In this document: piece after piece, positions 10,839 to 18,741 of the stretch | Position numbering within the stretch: the first letter of the stretch is position 1 | How the letters are laid out: every line of letters starts with the position of its first letter | Source: a virus | Virus record (IMG/VR): IMGVR_UViG_3300019487_000002 | Length of the DNA: 64,000 nt | Strand: one strand, 5' to 3' | The notes under the pieces: generated by a model | Databases searched by the model: none | Told to the model about the DNA's origin: nothing | Seen by the model: the letters and a program-made list of their open reading frames with translations, nothing else | Translations under genes and position numbers: made by a program

Positions 10839-11094
10839 TTCTACGACCTTTCTGCATTTTAGCGATATGCTCCGCTGAGAGAGTCTTTCCTGCTCTCGGT
10901 CGTTTCTTATTTGGAAGCTTTACCCAAGCTTTAGGGATTAACCAATCCCATGATCCTTCGGACAACTTCCGCGCTGGTCCTAAACGCTTCGTGAGTCTTT
11001 TTAAGACGGTAGGCGAGGAAGTTTGGACCCATGCAGAGTCTTCTTCCTCGTTCCAACCGATAATGGTCTCTCGTTCTAGTTTTGTGCGACTCAT
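10828..11094 (-). CDS. hypothetical protein
   Basis: 88-aa basic ORF in operon register. Confidence 0.55.
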   Translation of the reverse strand: MSRTKLERETIIGWNEEEDSAWVQTSSPTVLKRLTKRLGPARKLSEGSWDWLIPKAWVKLPNKKRPRAGKTLSAEHIAKMQKGRRNAN

Positions 11095-11558
11095 TACTTT
11101 GGAGTGTTCTGAACGAGATTAGCGAGATACTCAATGAGATATACTCGCGGAGCTACGAGAGTCTTCACAGCGACGAAGAGGTTGTTGAAGAACAGGTAAA
11201 AGCTGAAAACATGGCCTCCACCAATCACAACCCACGCAAACCCCGGCAGCGGTCCACCTTCATCCCAATCACGCCAGCAGCTAGTAACCGGCTTCTCATA
11301 CCACTTTTTCATCAGATAGCGCGAAGAAAGGAAAATAGCTACCGCCAGAACCATGTAGAGGATTGCTTCTGCAAAACCCCACTTGATGATTTCCTGAACC
11401 AGCAGTGGAACCTGTTCAGCAACGATATCCTTACCCTGCTTAGCCCAATCGAGCAATTCCTTTGCCCATTGCTTAATTACTAGCTCAACTACTACGGCAA
11501 CCTTCTGGGCGCCTTCAATAGTAGCGGTCGCAGCATCTTCGATCTTTTTTGTGTCCAT
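11094..11558 (-). CDS. hypothetical membrane protein
   Basis: 154 aa with several hydrophobic stretches (ILYMVLAVAIFL, FAWVVIGGGHVFSFYLFF). Confidence 0.6.
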   Translation of the reverse strand: MDTKKIEDAATATIEGAQKVAVVVELVIKQWAKELLDWAKQGKDIVAEQVPLLVQEIIKWGFAEAILYMVLAVAIFLSSRYLMKKWYEKPVTSCWRDWDEGGPLPGFAWVVIGGGHVFSFYLFFNNLFVAVKTLVAPRVYLIEYLANLVQNTPK

Positions 11559-11972
11559 TTAGTCCTCTATATCCAATAAATTTTCGATCAGTGCGTCTTT
11601 TTCTTCCTGCATGGTCTTTGCAGATATCACCTGCAATTTGCCCTTTAGCAAAGGATAGCTTTTAAACCCCACCCTAGGAACTCTGATTTCGATGACCGGG
11701 TAATCCGGGTTGACAGTGAACCATTGTTCCGTCGTGCGGTCTGAATCTTGTCCTTTTCCTCGGGCACCTACTTTCGTCTCCAATCTTATCACCTGACCTT
11801 CCTGTAGGTCAAGAGAAACAGCCCACCACGATTCACGACCGCGATGGGCTGGGTTAGAAACAAACTCTGCGCCTTCGGTATTGGCACTTAATTCTTTCTC
11901 GTCGAGAGTTATCTTGACGATATAGCCTTCCTTGAAGGACTTCTTGAAACCGTATAAAGCGAAAACTTCCAT
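11559..11972 (-). CDS. hypothetical protein
   Basis: 137-aa ORF with ATG at 11972. No SD and no promoter-like hexamers are visible upstream. Confidence 0.6.
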   Translation of the reverse strand: MEVFALYGFKKSFKEGYIVKITLDEKELSANTEGAEFVSNPAHRGRESWWAVSLDLQEGQVIRLETKVGARGKGQDSDRTTEQWFTVNPDYPVIEIRVPRVGFKSYPLLKGKLQVISAKTMQEEKDALIENLLDIED

Positions 11973-12212
11973 GAAGTAAGTTTCGTGACTACCGACGACG
12001 GCTGTTCAAGCAGAAGCTACTTGGTGTTTCGCCTTGCGGTTTTTCGATTCGGCTTTCCCCCGTGTGTCTTAACCACCGCCAAGCGGTACTCAAGCAAGGT
12101 GGGTCCAGCTACGCAGCTATTTACGCCATCAGAGATTAGGCCGATGGTATCTTGATGTACGTAGTGAACCCGGGGATACGGGCACACAAGGTACTGGAGT
12201 CACGAACTATAC
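11973..12212 (-). ncRNA. candidate structured RNA element, class unknown
   Basis: 240 nt without an ORF in an otherwise gap-free operon. The ends are complementary (11982-11990 with 12198-12206), and there are at least 6 internal hairpins (e.g. 12169-12182, 12126-12147, 12076-12086, 12107-12118, 11992-12001), plus a GCAA tetraloop closed by CC/GG at 12032-12039 (minus-strand sense). Confidence 0.4.
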
Positions 12213-12437
12213 TTAGTTCTGAGAGCCGCCAGCCGCAGCAATCGGAGCCTCGGCAGCATCAGCCTGCTCGAAAATGAACGTAGCGAGTAGACGGATGCGG
12301 TCACTCTGGCTCTTAGTCGCGGTCAGGCCGGTGACACCGAAGGTCTCCAAGTCCTTGAGGAGCGCATTCGAGCGCGCCCGAGCCCTGGGGTGCAACTGCA
12401 CGCCTTCGATATCGGTTGGTACTGATTTGTTAGCCAC
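12213..12437 (-). CDS. hypothetical small protein
   Basis: 74 aa. GTG start 7 nt after AAGGAGA; own consensus promoter upstream; G+C-rich relative to its neighbours. Confidence 0.6.
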   Translation of the reverse strand: MANKSVPTDIEGVQLHPRARARSNALLKDLETFGVTGLTATKSQSDRIRLLATFIFEQADAAEAPIAAAGGSQN

Positions 12438-12470
12438 TGTATTTCTCCTTTGTGAACGTTTGTACTTGCG

Positions 12471-12499
12471 ATTATAGATTAAAACTTACTTCGCGTCAA
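12471..12499 (-). promoter_or_regulatory. sigma70-type promoter
   Basis: Minus strand reads TTGACG-N17-TATAAT, about 27 nt upstream of the SD and start of the 74-aa gene. Confidence 0.6.
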
Positions 12500-12785
12500 C
12501 TGAAACTGGGACGCTCTGCGTAGTGCTCTGTACCTTGCGGGTACGAGAAACGAGAGGCGTAACTACGGTCACGACGCCATCACGGAGAGAAACCTTCACG
12601 TCCTCCACCTTTGCGTCGAGCGGAACAAGAATTTGGGTGGTCACAACGTCGCCACTGCGAACCGTGTGGACCGATTCGATGAAATCTGCCTCGGCCGCGA
12701 ATTCCCGCTCCGCATGAAGAATTTCGTCTTCAATTTCACGGAGAAGATCAACGAGCGGCGAGTTTACAAAAAGACTACGAGTCAT
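12486..12785 (-). CDS. hypothetical protein, weak Hsp20/alpha-crystallin-like pattern
   Basis: ATG 12785 is preceded by AAGGAGGA (the track ORF starts at 12818). ILVPLDAKVEDVKVSLRDGVVTVVTPL loosely resembles ACD beta-strands; this is not secure. Confidence 0.5.
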   Translation of the reverse strand: MTRSLFVNSPLVDLLREIEDEILHAEREFAAEADFIESVHTVRSGDVVTTQILVPLDAKVEDVKVSLRDGVVTVVTPLVSRTRKVQSTTQSVPVSVDAK

Positions 12786-12825
12786 GTTTACGATCCTCCT
12801 TTGGAATTTGTGATTCATATTGGGT

Positions 12826-12853
12826 ATCTTAACTCAGATTTGATTTTTGTCAA
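12826..12853 (-). promoter_or_regulatory. sigma70-type promoter
   Basis: Minus strand reads TTGACA-N16-TAAGAT, abutting the stop of the FEN-UDG gene. Confidence 0.55.
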
Positions 12854-14467
12854 CTATAACTGTTCGGCGAAGGTACGAATGAATTTCCAATCCTCAATAG
12901 ACTTCACTACGTCGCTATGCCCATTTGCGCCTTGCTGTAGACGCATGAGATACGATGGATGGAAAACGGGAATAAAAGTCACTCCCGGCCAATCATTGTG
13001 GTGATGAGGAATTCCCCGTGCTGAAGAAATTTTCTCGCCTTCGGGGAAAATAGCTTTGAAAGCCTTATCGCCGAGCAAAATTACCAGCTTAGGATTGACT
13101 AAACGGATATGCGCTCTGAGGCGAGGATTACACGCCGCGATTTCCTCTGAATCTGGAGGACGAATTTCGCCCGCTTCATTCGGAAAACACATAACGACAT
13201 TGGCGACGTGAATACTAGAACGCGGGATTCTTGCACACGCCAATAAAACTTTATCGAGGTACTTTCCAGCTTTTCCAATAAAAGGATCACCGTAAAAATC
13301 CTCGCTTGGCCCAGGCCCTTCCCCTAGAGCCATTATATTGGCGCGTTGAGGGCCAGAAAACTTCACAATCTTATTGCGGACTTGGTGTAGCTTGCAGCGT
13401 GTGCAATCACCCCAAATTTCGAATAGTTCGTCAAGTGTCTGTGCTGAGGCAAGCCTATTTTCGAGAGAATTGTCCACCAAATGCGTGCGAAGCTCGTTAC
13501 TGACTTTCTTGAGTTCGTAGGCATCTACGAATTGCTGTACTTCGATCCAGTCGATTGCAGGCGGGGTTTCCCATTGCTGCTTAAAGATTACCCGTTGATC
13601 TTCGTCTAACTGGTCGGGGTGTGACAATACATAGGACAATTCGTATGCCAGCTTGATTTGTTCTTCGTACTCAGGAATACGGCTCATGACAGCGGTTTTT
13701 GGTGATTTCGTCGCCTCTTTAAGCACGTCTTGTACCGTGCCACAATCACGAACCAGCTTAAGGGCTGTTTTTTCGCCGACACCGGGGACACCGGGAATAT
13801 CGTCGTTGGTGTCTCCCATCAACGCCTTAACATCAACCCACTGGCTCGGTTGAATCCCATATTTAGTCACGAAGTCTTGTAACGTGAAATGCTTTTTCTT
13901 AATTGGGTCATATTGCGATACTTTATCAGAAAGTAGCTGGTACAAATCCTGGTCAGAAGACACGACTACCACGTTTGCTGTTTCGCTTAAAGCGTCAGCA
14001 GCAATGCCAATCAAATCGTCACCCTCTACTTCGTGAATAACTAGTTGAGTCACTCCCAGATAGGGAAGAATGCTCTGAATAGCATCCATTTGCGGGAGCA
14101 TTTCTTCTTGGAATACGCGATGGTCTTCGTTTGTGCGACTCTTGTATCGACTCTCTTTATATTGAGAGGGGGTTTCACCAAGAATCTTCGCAGCCGTCGA
14201 TTCTGGATCGCGGCCAGCAAGTCGCTCTAGGCGCTCACGGTAATTCTTAAGAATACGCCGACGGTAGCGGGATTTATGGTCCCAGGCTACATACACTTTT
14301 TCTGGCTCAAACTGTTTTAGGATATGACAAAAGGATGAGAGAAAACCGTGAATAAGTCCCGAAGGAGTCCCATCTTTTGTTTTGAGCGTTTGGCCGCTTG
14401 TTGTGTGCCAAACTCTGTGGATCAGGTGATTTCCGTCGAAAATTACGTTGGTTTTATCGGCGGGCAT
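12854..14467 (-). CDS. 5'-3' exonuclease (FEN) fused to family-4 uracil-DNA glycosylase
   Basis: N-terminal FEN/PIN domain with H3TH motif GVPGVGEKTALKL. C-terminal UDG4 motifs CTRCKL, GEGPGPSEDFYGDPFIGKAGKYL and FHPSYLMR. The start at MPADKTNVIFDGNHL (14467) is preferred over track position 14536. Confidence 0.8.
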   Translation of the reverse strand: MPADKTNVIFDGNHLIHRVWHTTSGQTLKTKDGTPSGLIHGFLSSFCHILKQFEPEKVYVAWDHKSRYRRRILKNYRERLERLAGRDPESTAAKILGETPSQYKESRYKSRTNEDHRVFQEEMLPQMDAIQSILPYLGVTQLVIHEVEGDDLIGIAADALSETANVVVVSSDQDLYQLLSDKVSQYDPIKKKHFTLQDFVTKYGIQPSQWVDVKALMGDTNDDIPGVPGVGEKTALKLVRDCGTVQDVLKEATKSPKTAVMSRIPEYEEQIKLAYELSYVLSHPDQLDEDQRVIFKQQWETPPAIDWIEVQQFVDAYELKKVSNELRTHLVDNSLENRLASAQTLDELFEIWGDCTRCKLHQVRNKIVKFSGPQRANIMALGEGPGPSEDFYGDPFIGKAGKYLDKVLLACARIPRSSIHVANVVMCFPNEAGEIRPPDSEEIAACNPRLRAHIRLVNPKLVILLGDKAFKAIFPEGEKISSARGIPHHHNDWPGVTFIPVFHPSYLMRLQQGANGHSDVVKSIEDWKFIRTFAEQL

Positions 14468-14660
14468 TGCGGCCTTTCTTGCGATTCTTTCGGCACTTAT
14501 CAGTGCAATACTTGCGTACCGTTTGTCCTTTTTCACATTCGGCAGTTATCATAGGAATAATGATTCCACTGTTACACGTCTCACAAATACCAACAACGTC
14601 AACAAGAGGCGACCCTCCTCTGACTGAAACTGGAACCGTTATAAGCTGGTCTTGATTCAT
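14454..14660 (-). CDS. hypothetical Cys-rich protein
   Basis: 68 aa with CETC...CTDKCRKNRKK and a basic tail. Confidence 0.5.
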   Translation of the reverse strand: MNQDQLITVPVSVRGGSPLVDVVGICETCNSGIIIPMITAECEKGQTVRKYCTDKCRKNRKKGRNARR

Positions 14661-14661
14661 A

Positions 14662-14958
14662 TTACCTCTTTGGTAAAGCTGTAATTTCGAGAGCGTCTAA
14701 AATCAATTTAACATGGCGTCCGGTTGCACCCATGTAGCCTGAATAATACTTCGGGACGTTTATATCCCAGCTTTTGATTAGTAGCCAGATCGCCTCGAAA
14801 CGTGGATCGGCCTGTTCTTCCTCAGAAGGCGAAGGCATCTTGTGACGAGCGATAATCTCGTCAAGGGGAGACATTCGGTCAGCAGGAGGACTAGGAATCT
14901 CTGTTAATTTTTTAGACACCGCGAGAAACATCATACCCAAGGCTTTCAATATAGTCAA
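14662..14958 (-). CDS. hypothetical protein
   Basis: 98-aa ORF in operon register. Confidence 0.55.
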   Translation of the reverse strand: MTILKALGMMFLAVSKKLTEIPSPPADRMSPLDEIIARHKMPSPSEEEQADPRFEAIWLLIKSWDINVPKYYSGYMGATGRHVKLILDALEITALPKR

Positions 14959-15298
14959 TGATTTCTTTGGTGAAAGCCGTATGCTGTTCCCCGTGAAGCC
15001 AGAACTTCAAGTGAGCAAGTTCGTGCGCGAGCGTATTTAAAATGGTGCGGGTTTTAAGAGGACGGTTCGGACGGCCGTATTGGTGAATACGGATTTTGAT
15101 TATTTTCTCATTGCAGTTTTCTTCTTTGAATATTTTGGAATTGTAGCAACGGTCGCAGGCGGTGGCTTCTCCAAATAAGCCGTATTGACGCCTGGACGTG
15201 GAAGGCAGAATTTGACCGTAAGAGAGGTCGTATTTTCTACATACTTTATCTGAAATTTCGATAATATCCCGCCATAGCAGGATGGGTGTAGTAGCCAT
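14912..15298 (-). CDS. SprT-like zinc metalloprotease
   Basis: HExxH plus a downstream His: NTLAHELAHLKFWLHGEQH; 128 aa. Confidence 0.6.
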   Translation of the reverse strand: MATTPILLWRDIIEISDKVCRKYDLSYGQILPSTSRRQYGLFGEATACDRCYNSKIFKEENCNEKIIKIRIHQYGRPNRPLKTRTILNTLAHELAHLKFWLHGEQHTAFTKEIIDYIESLGYDVSRGV

Positions 15299-15342
15299 AC
15301 AGAAGTCTCCATTTTAGGAGAAGCTTCTCCTGTAAGCAACAA

Positions 15343-15726
15343 CTACTTTTTACCGTTCCAAGTTTGCATCTCTACGAAACCGTGTTCATCGGGCTGTCTA
15401 TCGCAGAGGAAAGTAATGGGCATTCCGTCCTGTTCATGGACTACCGTTTGATAATTCTTTGATGCCTTTTCGCGCACCTTTTTGTCAATAAAGGCTAGGG
15501 CCTTTTCGTCATTATCAAATGCGTATTCCTGGCGCTGTTTTGCAAATCGAATAAGATCAGAAGCGACCTTATTATGTCCATAATCGATGCGACCCCAGCT
15601 TACCCGTACTTTACCCGCTGGAACGTTCTCTACATCGTGAGGGTTCTGCCCCTCATATTCTGCCGCCCACATTTTGCGGCGGTTGTCGGTCGGGTCTTCA
15701 CAAATCATTAGGACTTCGATTTTCAT
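15343..15726 (-). CDS. WGR-domain protein
   Basis: Motif KVRVSWGRIDYG. ATG 15726 is preferred over the TTG at 15774. Confidence 0.55.
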   Translation of the reverse strand: MKIEVLMICEDPTDNRRKMWAAEYEGQNPHDVENVPAGKVRVSWGRIDYGHNKVASDLIRFAKQRQEYAFDNDEKALAFIDKKVREKASKNYQTVVHEQDGMPITFLCDRQPDEHGFVEMQTWNGKK

Positions 15727-15776
15727 TTTCTCACACAAAGACGCTGAACGCCAAACCAGCGCCGAAACCTTCAAGT

Positions 15777-16010
15777 CTAGGATTCCTGATGATCCACCCC
15801 GTTAGGACTAGAATCACTCCGAGAATGAACGGAGGGTTCATGCTTAGCTCCTCTCACGTGAAGTCGAATGAATTCATCCACTAGCTTATTCGCAGTCTCA
15901 ACAACTGGCGAGGGTTCTGCAACCGAAGGCGTGGCACCGATGCGGCAATGCACGCACGGTCTTTCCTCACCATCCCGATGGGTCTTTGACGGTCTTCCTC
16001 GACGTTCCAT
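15777..16010 (-). CDS. hypothetical protein
   Basis: 77 aa; ATG overlaps the upstream stop (TAATG). The region is G+C-rich, so coding status is less certain. Confidence 0.4.
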   Translation of the reverse strand: MERRGRPSKTHRDGEERPCVHCRIGATPSVAEPSPVVETANKLVDEFIRLHVRGAKHEPSVHSRSDSSPNGVDHQES

Positions 16011-16357
16011 TAGAACCTCTTTCTGTCTTGTAGGTAATCAGGTAGCTCAAGCACGACGCATCGCTTTCCGGTCTTGCGGTCTTTGACCGTGCGGACAAAT
16101 TCAAGTTTACTGATACAATTCCCGCCAGCGGTGAAGAATTGCCGGAAATCCGCGTGGAACGTCGGCATGACTTCAAGAGCCCGATGGGGAATGCGCTCAC
16201 CGTGCTCTACCGCGACGCTACGAGCCTGTTGCTCAATATAGGCCGCGTCTCTTTCGGACATGGGCGGGTTGGCGACTTTGAATGCGGTGTAGTGTGGTGC
16301 TTCCGCAAGCTCATGAACCCGGTCGTTGAGTACGAAAATGACGGTGTTAAATCCCAT
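16010..16357 (-). CDS. hypothetical protein
   Basis: ATG 16357 is preceded by GAGGA (track start 16408). Confidence 0.55.
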   Translation of the reverse strand: MGFNTVIFVLNDRVHELAEAPHYTAFKVANPPMSERDAAYIEQQARSVAVEHGERIPHRALEVMPTFHADFRQFFTAGGNCISKLEFVRTVKDRKTGKRCVVLELPDYLQDRKRF

Positions 16358-16550
16358 TCTTTTCCTCGAATAAGGCAAGTGTGTCGATATACGCCTGGGT
16401 ATCTTCACCCTCGATAAGAATTAAGGCTGCATTCGCCTTTCCCCTCTTATCAAAGAGGACGACTTTAGCACTCGCAGCTTCGCTCTCCCGCAAGATTGCG
16501 AGGAGAGCTTCTGCCGCCGCGCCAATTTTTTCCTTCTTGAAGACTTCCAT
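16347..16550 (-). CDS. hypothetical protein
   Basis: 67-aa ORF abutting the upstream gene. Confidence 0.5.
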   Translation of the reverse strand: MEVFKKEKIGAAAEALLAILRESEAASAKVVLFDKRGKANAALILIEGEDTQAYIDTLALFEEKNGI

Positions 16551-17068
16551 TAGTCCTTGAGAACCACCGGGAGCACGTCGCTCGCCATGAAGGCGCCAAT
16601 CTGGCCCTTGTACTCGCCAGCCACGCGAACGCTCACCTGTAGCGGGGCCTCACCCGTCTCGTCGCGCTTGATAAGCGCACTGAGGGTCTCTGCATCAACT
16701 ACCTTGGCGAGTGCCTCCTTGTTCACCTGCGAGATAAGCTCGACCAGATCACCCGCGTTGAGCTTGCCGTCAGCAAACAACTCAGCAACCTTCTGAGCAG
16801 CCGCCTTGTTGTCGAGGCGCTCGGGCTGCGAGAGAATCACCGTGGCAATGCCTTCGACCTTGGGATTGCTCCCCTTCTCGCCGACGTTGATCGTGATGGG
16901 GCATTCGTCAGCCGTCAGGTAATCCTCAACAGCCTTGCGAGCCTCTGTGTACTTCGCATCGAAGAAGTCAGCCGCAACCGACAGAGTGGCCGCCCGCTCG
17001 GTAAGCTGGACAAACTCACGGAAACCCGGCTTCTCAACTGCCTTCTTGCCCTTCTTTACGATAGCCAT
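16550..17068 (-). CDS. hypothetical protein
   Basis: ATG 17068 lies 11 nt after AGGAGG; about 172 aa, A/E/K-rich. Confidence 0.6.
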   Translation of the reverse strand: MAIVKKGKKAVEKPGFREFVQLTERAATLSVAADFFDAKYTEARKAVEDYLTADECPITINVGEKGSNPKVEGIATVILSQPERLDNKAAAQKVAELFADGKLNAGDLVELISQVNKEALAKVVDAETLSALIKRDETGEAPLQVSVRVAGEYKGQIGAFMASDVLPVVLKD

Positions 17069-17092
17069 TGTTTTCAATTCCTCCTAGAAAAG

Positions 17093-17121
17093 AGTATAAA
17101 CGGATTCGACAATACAGTCAA
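17093..17121 (-). promoter_or_regulatory. sigma70-type promoter with the GCGTATTGACT motif
   Basis: Minus strand reads GCGTA-TTGACT-N17-TATACT, upstream of the AGGAGG and ATG 17068. Confidence 0.6.
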
Positions 17122-17136
17122 TACGCAGACGCTATG

Positions 17137-18063
17137 TTACTTGTCCCCGCCCTTGAGGCTAGCCTTCTTCACATCGTCTGTAGTCTTTTCCCAAGTACAA
17201 GTCGCCGGCTCAACATCATCGCGGAAGCGATGCCACACCGGATGCCGAAACCGACCGTCCTTTGTGACTTCCTGAGCGAAAACATCAATCACGCGCCCCA
17301 TGTAGGCGTCTCGATTCTTCCAGATATCGTGCCGCTCGGCATCGGTCATACCAGAACACTTGCCGACTTCCACTAGTTTGCCGTCCTTGTAGACCGAAAA
17401 GAGGACCGCACCGAGAGTCGTGGCATACTTGCCGTTGCCCTGTTGATAGCCAGAAATGACTACCGAAAAATCAGAACGGCGCTTGCACTTCACCCAGCCC
17501 ATGCCATAAGAGGCGTCGAGATTCTTGATAACCATGCCTTCCTGACCGGCATCTACCAGCGCACGGAAATACGTAGCCTTATCTTTCGCCTGCACAACCG
17601 GCCAGATTGCCTCATGATTGTTCATGTCTCGGCACGTCTGCGCCAGTAGCTCCCGACGTTCACGGAGCGGCTTGCTTCGCACGTCTACCCCACGCAGAAA
17701 GAGAATATCGAAAACATGATACTTCACCTTGCCGACTTTCTCTTGCGTGGCAATCGCCTTTGCCGGAAGGCTATTCATGATGCCGGTCGTATCGCCAAGC
17801 TGCTCCTGGCCCGGAAGCATGATTTCGCCATCGAGCATCGTGCCCTCGAAGCCGGGATATGGCTTTGCAATATGTGGAACGTTTGCAGCCTTGTCGATAG
17901 CAGGGAACCGCTGGCGGCTATACAGATGGACGCTACCATCGTGGTCGAGATACAACATATACCTCGCGCCATCAAGCTTTGGCTCCGCGATATAGCGGTC
18001 GTTGTCGAGCAGAGAATCGTCGTAGGCGCCGGTACAGCGCGACGGTGCAATTCTAGGCAGCAT
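17137..18063 (-). CDS. ATP-dependent DNA ligase
   Basis: Adenylation motif EPKLDGARYML (KxDG); about 308 aa; ATG 18063 overlaps the upstream stop (TGATG). Confidence 0.85.
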   Translation of the reverse strand: MLPRIAPSRCTGAYDDSLLDNDRYIAEPKLDGARYMLYLDHDGSVHLYSRQRFPAIDKAANVPHIAKPYPGFEGTMLDGEIMLPGQEQLGDTTGIMNSLPAKAIATQEKVGKVKYHVFDILFLRGVDVRSKPLRERRELLAQTCRDMNNHEAIWPVVQAKDKATYFRALVDAGQEGMVIKNLDASYGMGWVKCKRRSDFSVVISGYQQGNGKYATTLGAVLFSVYKDGKLVEVGKCSGMTDAERHDIWKNRDAYMGRVIDVFAQEVTKDGRFRHPVWHRFRDDVEPATCTWEKTTDDVKKASLKGGDK

Positions 18064-18353
18064 CAAAACAATTCCTCAAGAGGAAGGTACCGATACGTAG
18101 ACGCGAGACTACCGCCAGTGATAAAGATGGTGATGCCTCCCTCGTCTACCTCGAAACGCTCGACCGTCTCTTCCTTCGTGAGCGTCCCGCCGCGCTTGAG
18201 CATGGTGGCTAGACGAGTAAAAGACACTGTGAAGCATGTTCCTCCGGTTGAACGGGTCTTTGTATAGAAGGACCCCGCCGGGTAGGTGACTCCATACTTC
18301 GTGCAACGCTTGTTAGGCTTGAAAGCCACTGGCTTAGAACGACGCTTCTTCAT
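18063..18353 (-). CDS. hypothetical basic protein, apparently leaderless
   Basis: ATG 18353 lies 7 nt downstream of TATATT. The track start at 18389 is a TTG inside the -35 hexamer. Confidence 0.55.
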   Translation of the reverse strand: MKKRRSKPVAFKPNKRCTKYGVTYPAGSFYTKTRSTGGTCFTVSFTRLATMLKRGGTLTKEETVERFEVDEGGITIFITGGSLASTYRYLPLEELF

Positions 18354-18360
18354 ATTGTCT

Positions 18361-18389
18361 AATATAGACGGATAAGCGAAAGGAGTCAA
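18361..18389 (-). promoter_or_regulatory. sigma70-type promoter (start of the minus-strand block)
   Basis: Minus strand reads GCGATA-TTGACT-N17-TATATT, then 7 nt to ATG 18353. Confidence 0.6.
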
Positions 18390-18408
18390 TATCGCACGCC
18401 CTGTGTGC

Positions 18409-18435
18409 TTGACACCGCCCCACTATCCGTATAAA
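18409..18435 (+). promoter_or_regulatory. sigma70-type promoter, divergent partner
   Basis: TTGACA-N15-TATAAA, then 8 nt to ATG 18444. The spacer is short. Confidence 0.45.
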
Positions 18436-18443
18436 AAGGGTGC

Positions 18444-18671
18444 ATGACGGAACGATGGTTCAACGATTGTGCGACCGATGCTGAGCGACTTGCTCAGGAG
18501 TCTGAGGAAGTCCAGATTGCAGAGGAATTCGACGCATGGCGCCATGAATGCGGCCTTGATTTGCCGCTTGAGGGCGACGAGTGGGAGGAGTTTCTCCGTA
18601 GCAAATGGGAAGAGAATCATCCCCAGCATGTGCAGTACGACGGTCCTGAGGAAGACGACATAGCGTTTTAA
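18444..18671 (+). CDS. hypothetical highly acidic protein
   Basis: 75 aa, rich in D/E/W; first gene of the plus-strand block. Confidence 0.55.
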   Translation: MTERWFNDCATDAERLAQESEEVQIAEEFDAWRHECGLDLPLEGDEWEEFLRSKWEENHPQHVQYDGPEEDDIAF

Positions 18672-18707
18672 TATGCAAAAGAGAGTGTTAAAGAACGCAC
18701 CATTTGA

Positions 18708-18741
18708 GTCATCTTCGACAATCAAAGTTATCGAAGATGAC
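18708..18741 (+). other. perfect 11-bp hairpin
   Basis: GTCATCTTCGA, a 12-nt loop, then TCGAAGATGAC, downstream of the acidic gene. There is no U-tract. Confidence 0.4.

Noticed and set aside
12126-12150. Hammerhead-like CUGAUGG core in the structured element (minus strand)
   Set aside because: The conserved core requires CUGANGA plus a GAAA box in the right geometry. Here the last core base is G, and no three-helix junction with the conserved residues can be drawn.
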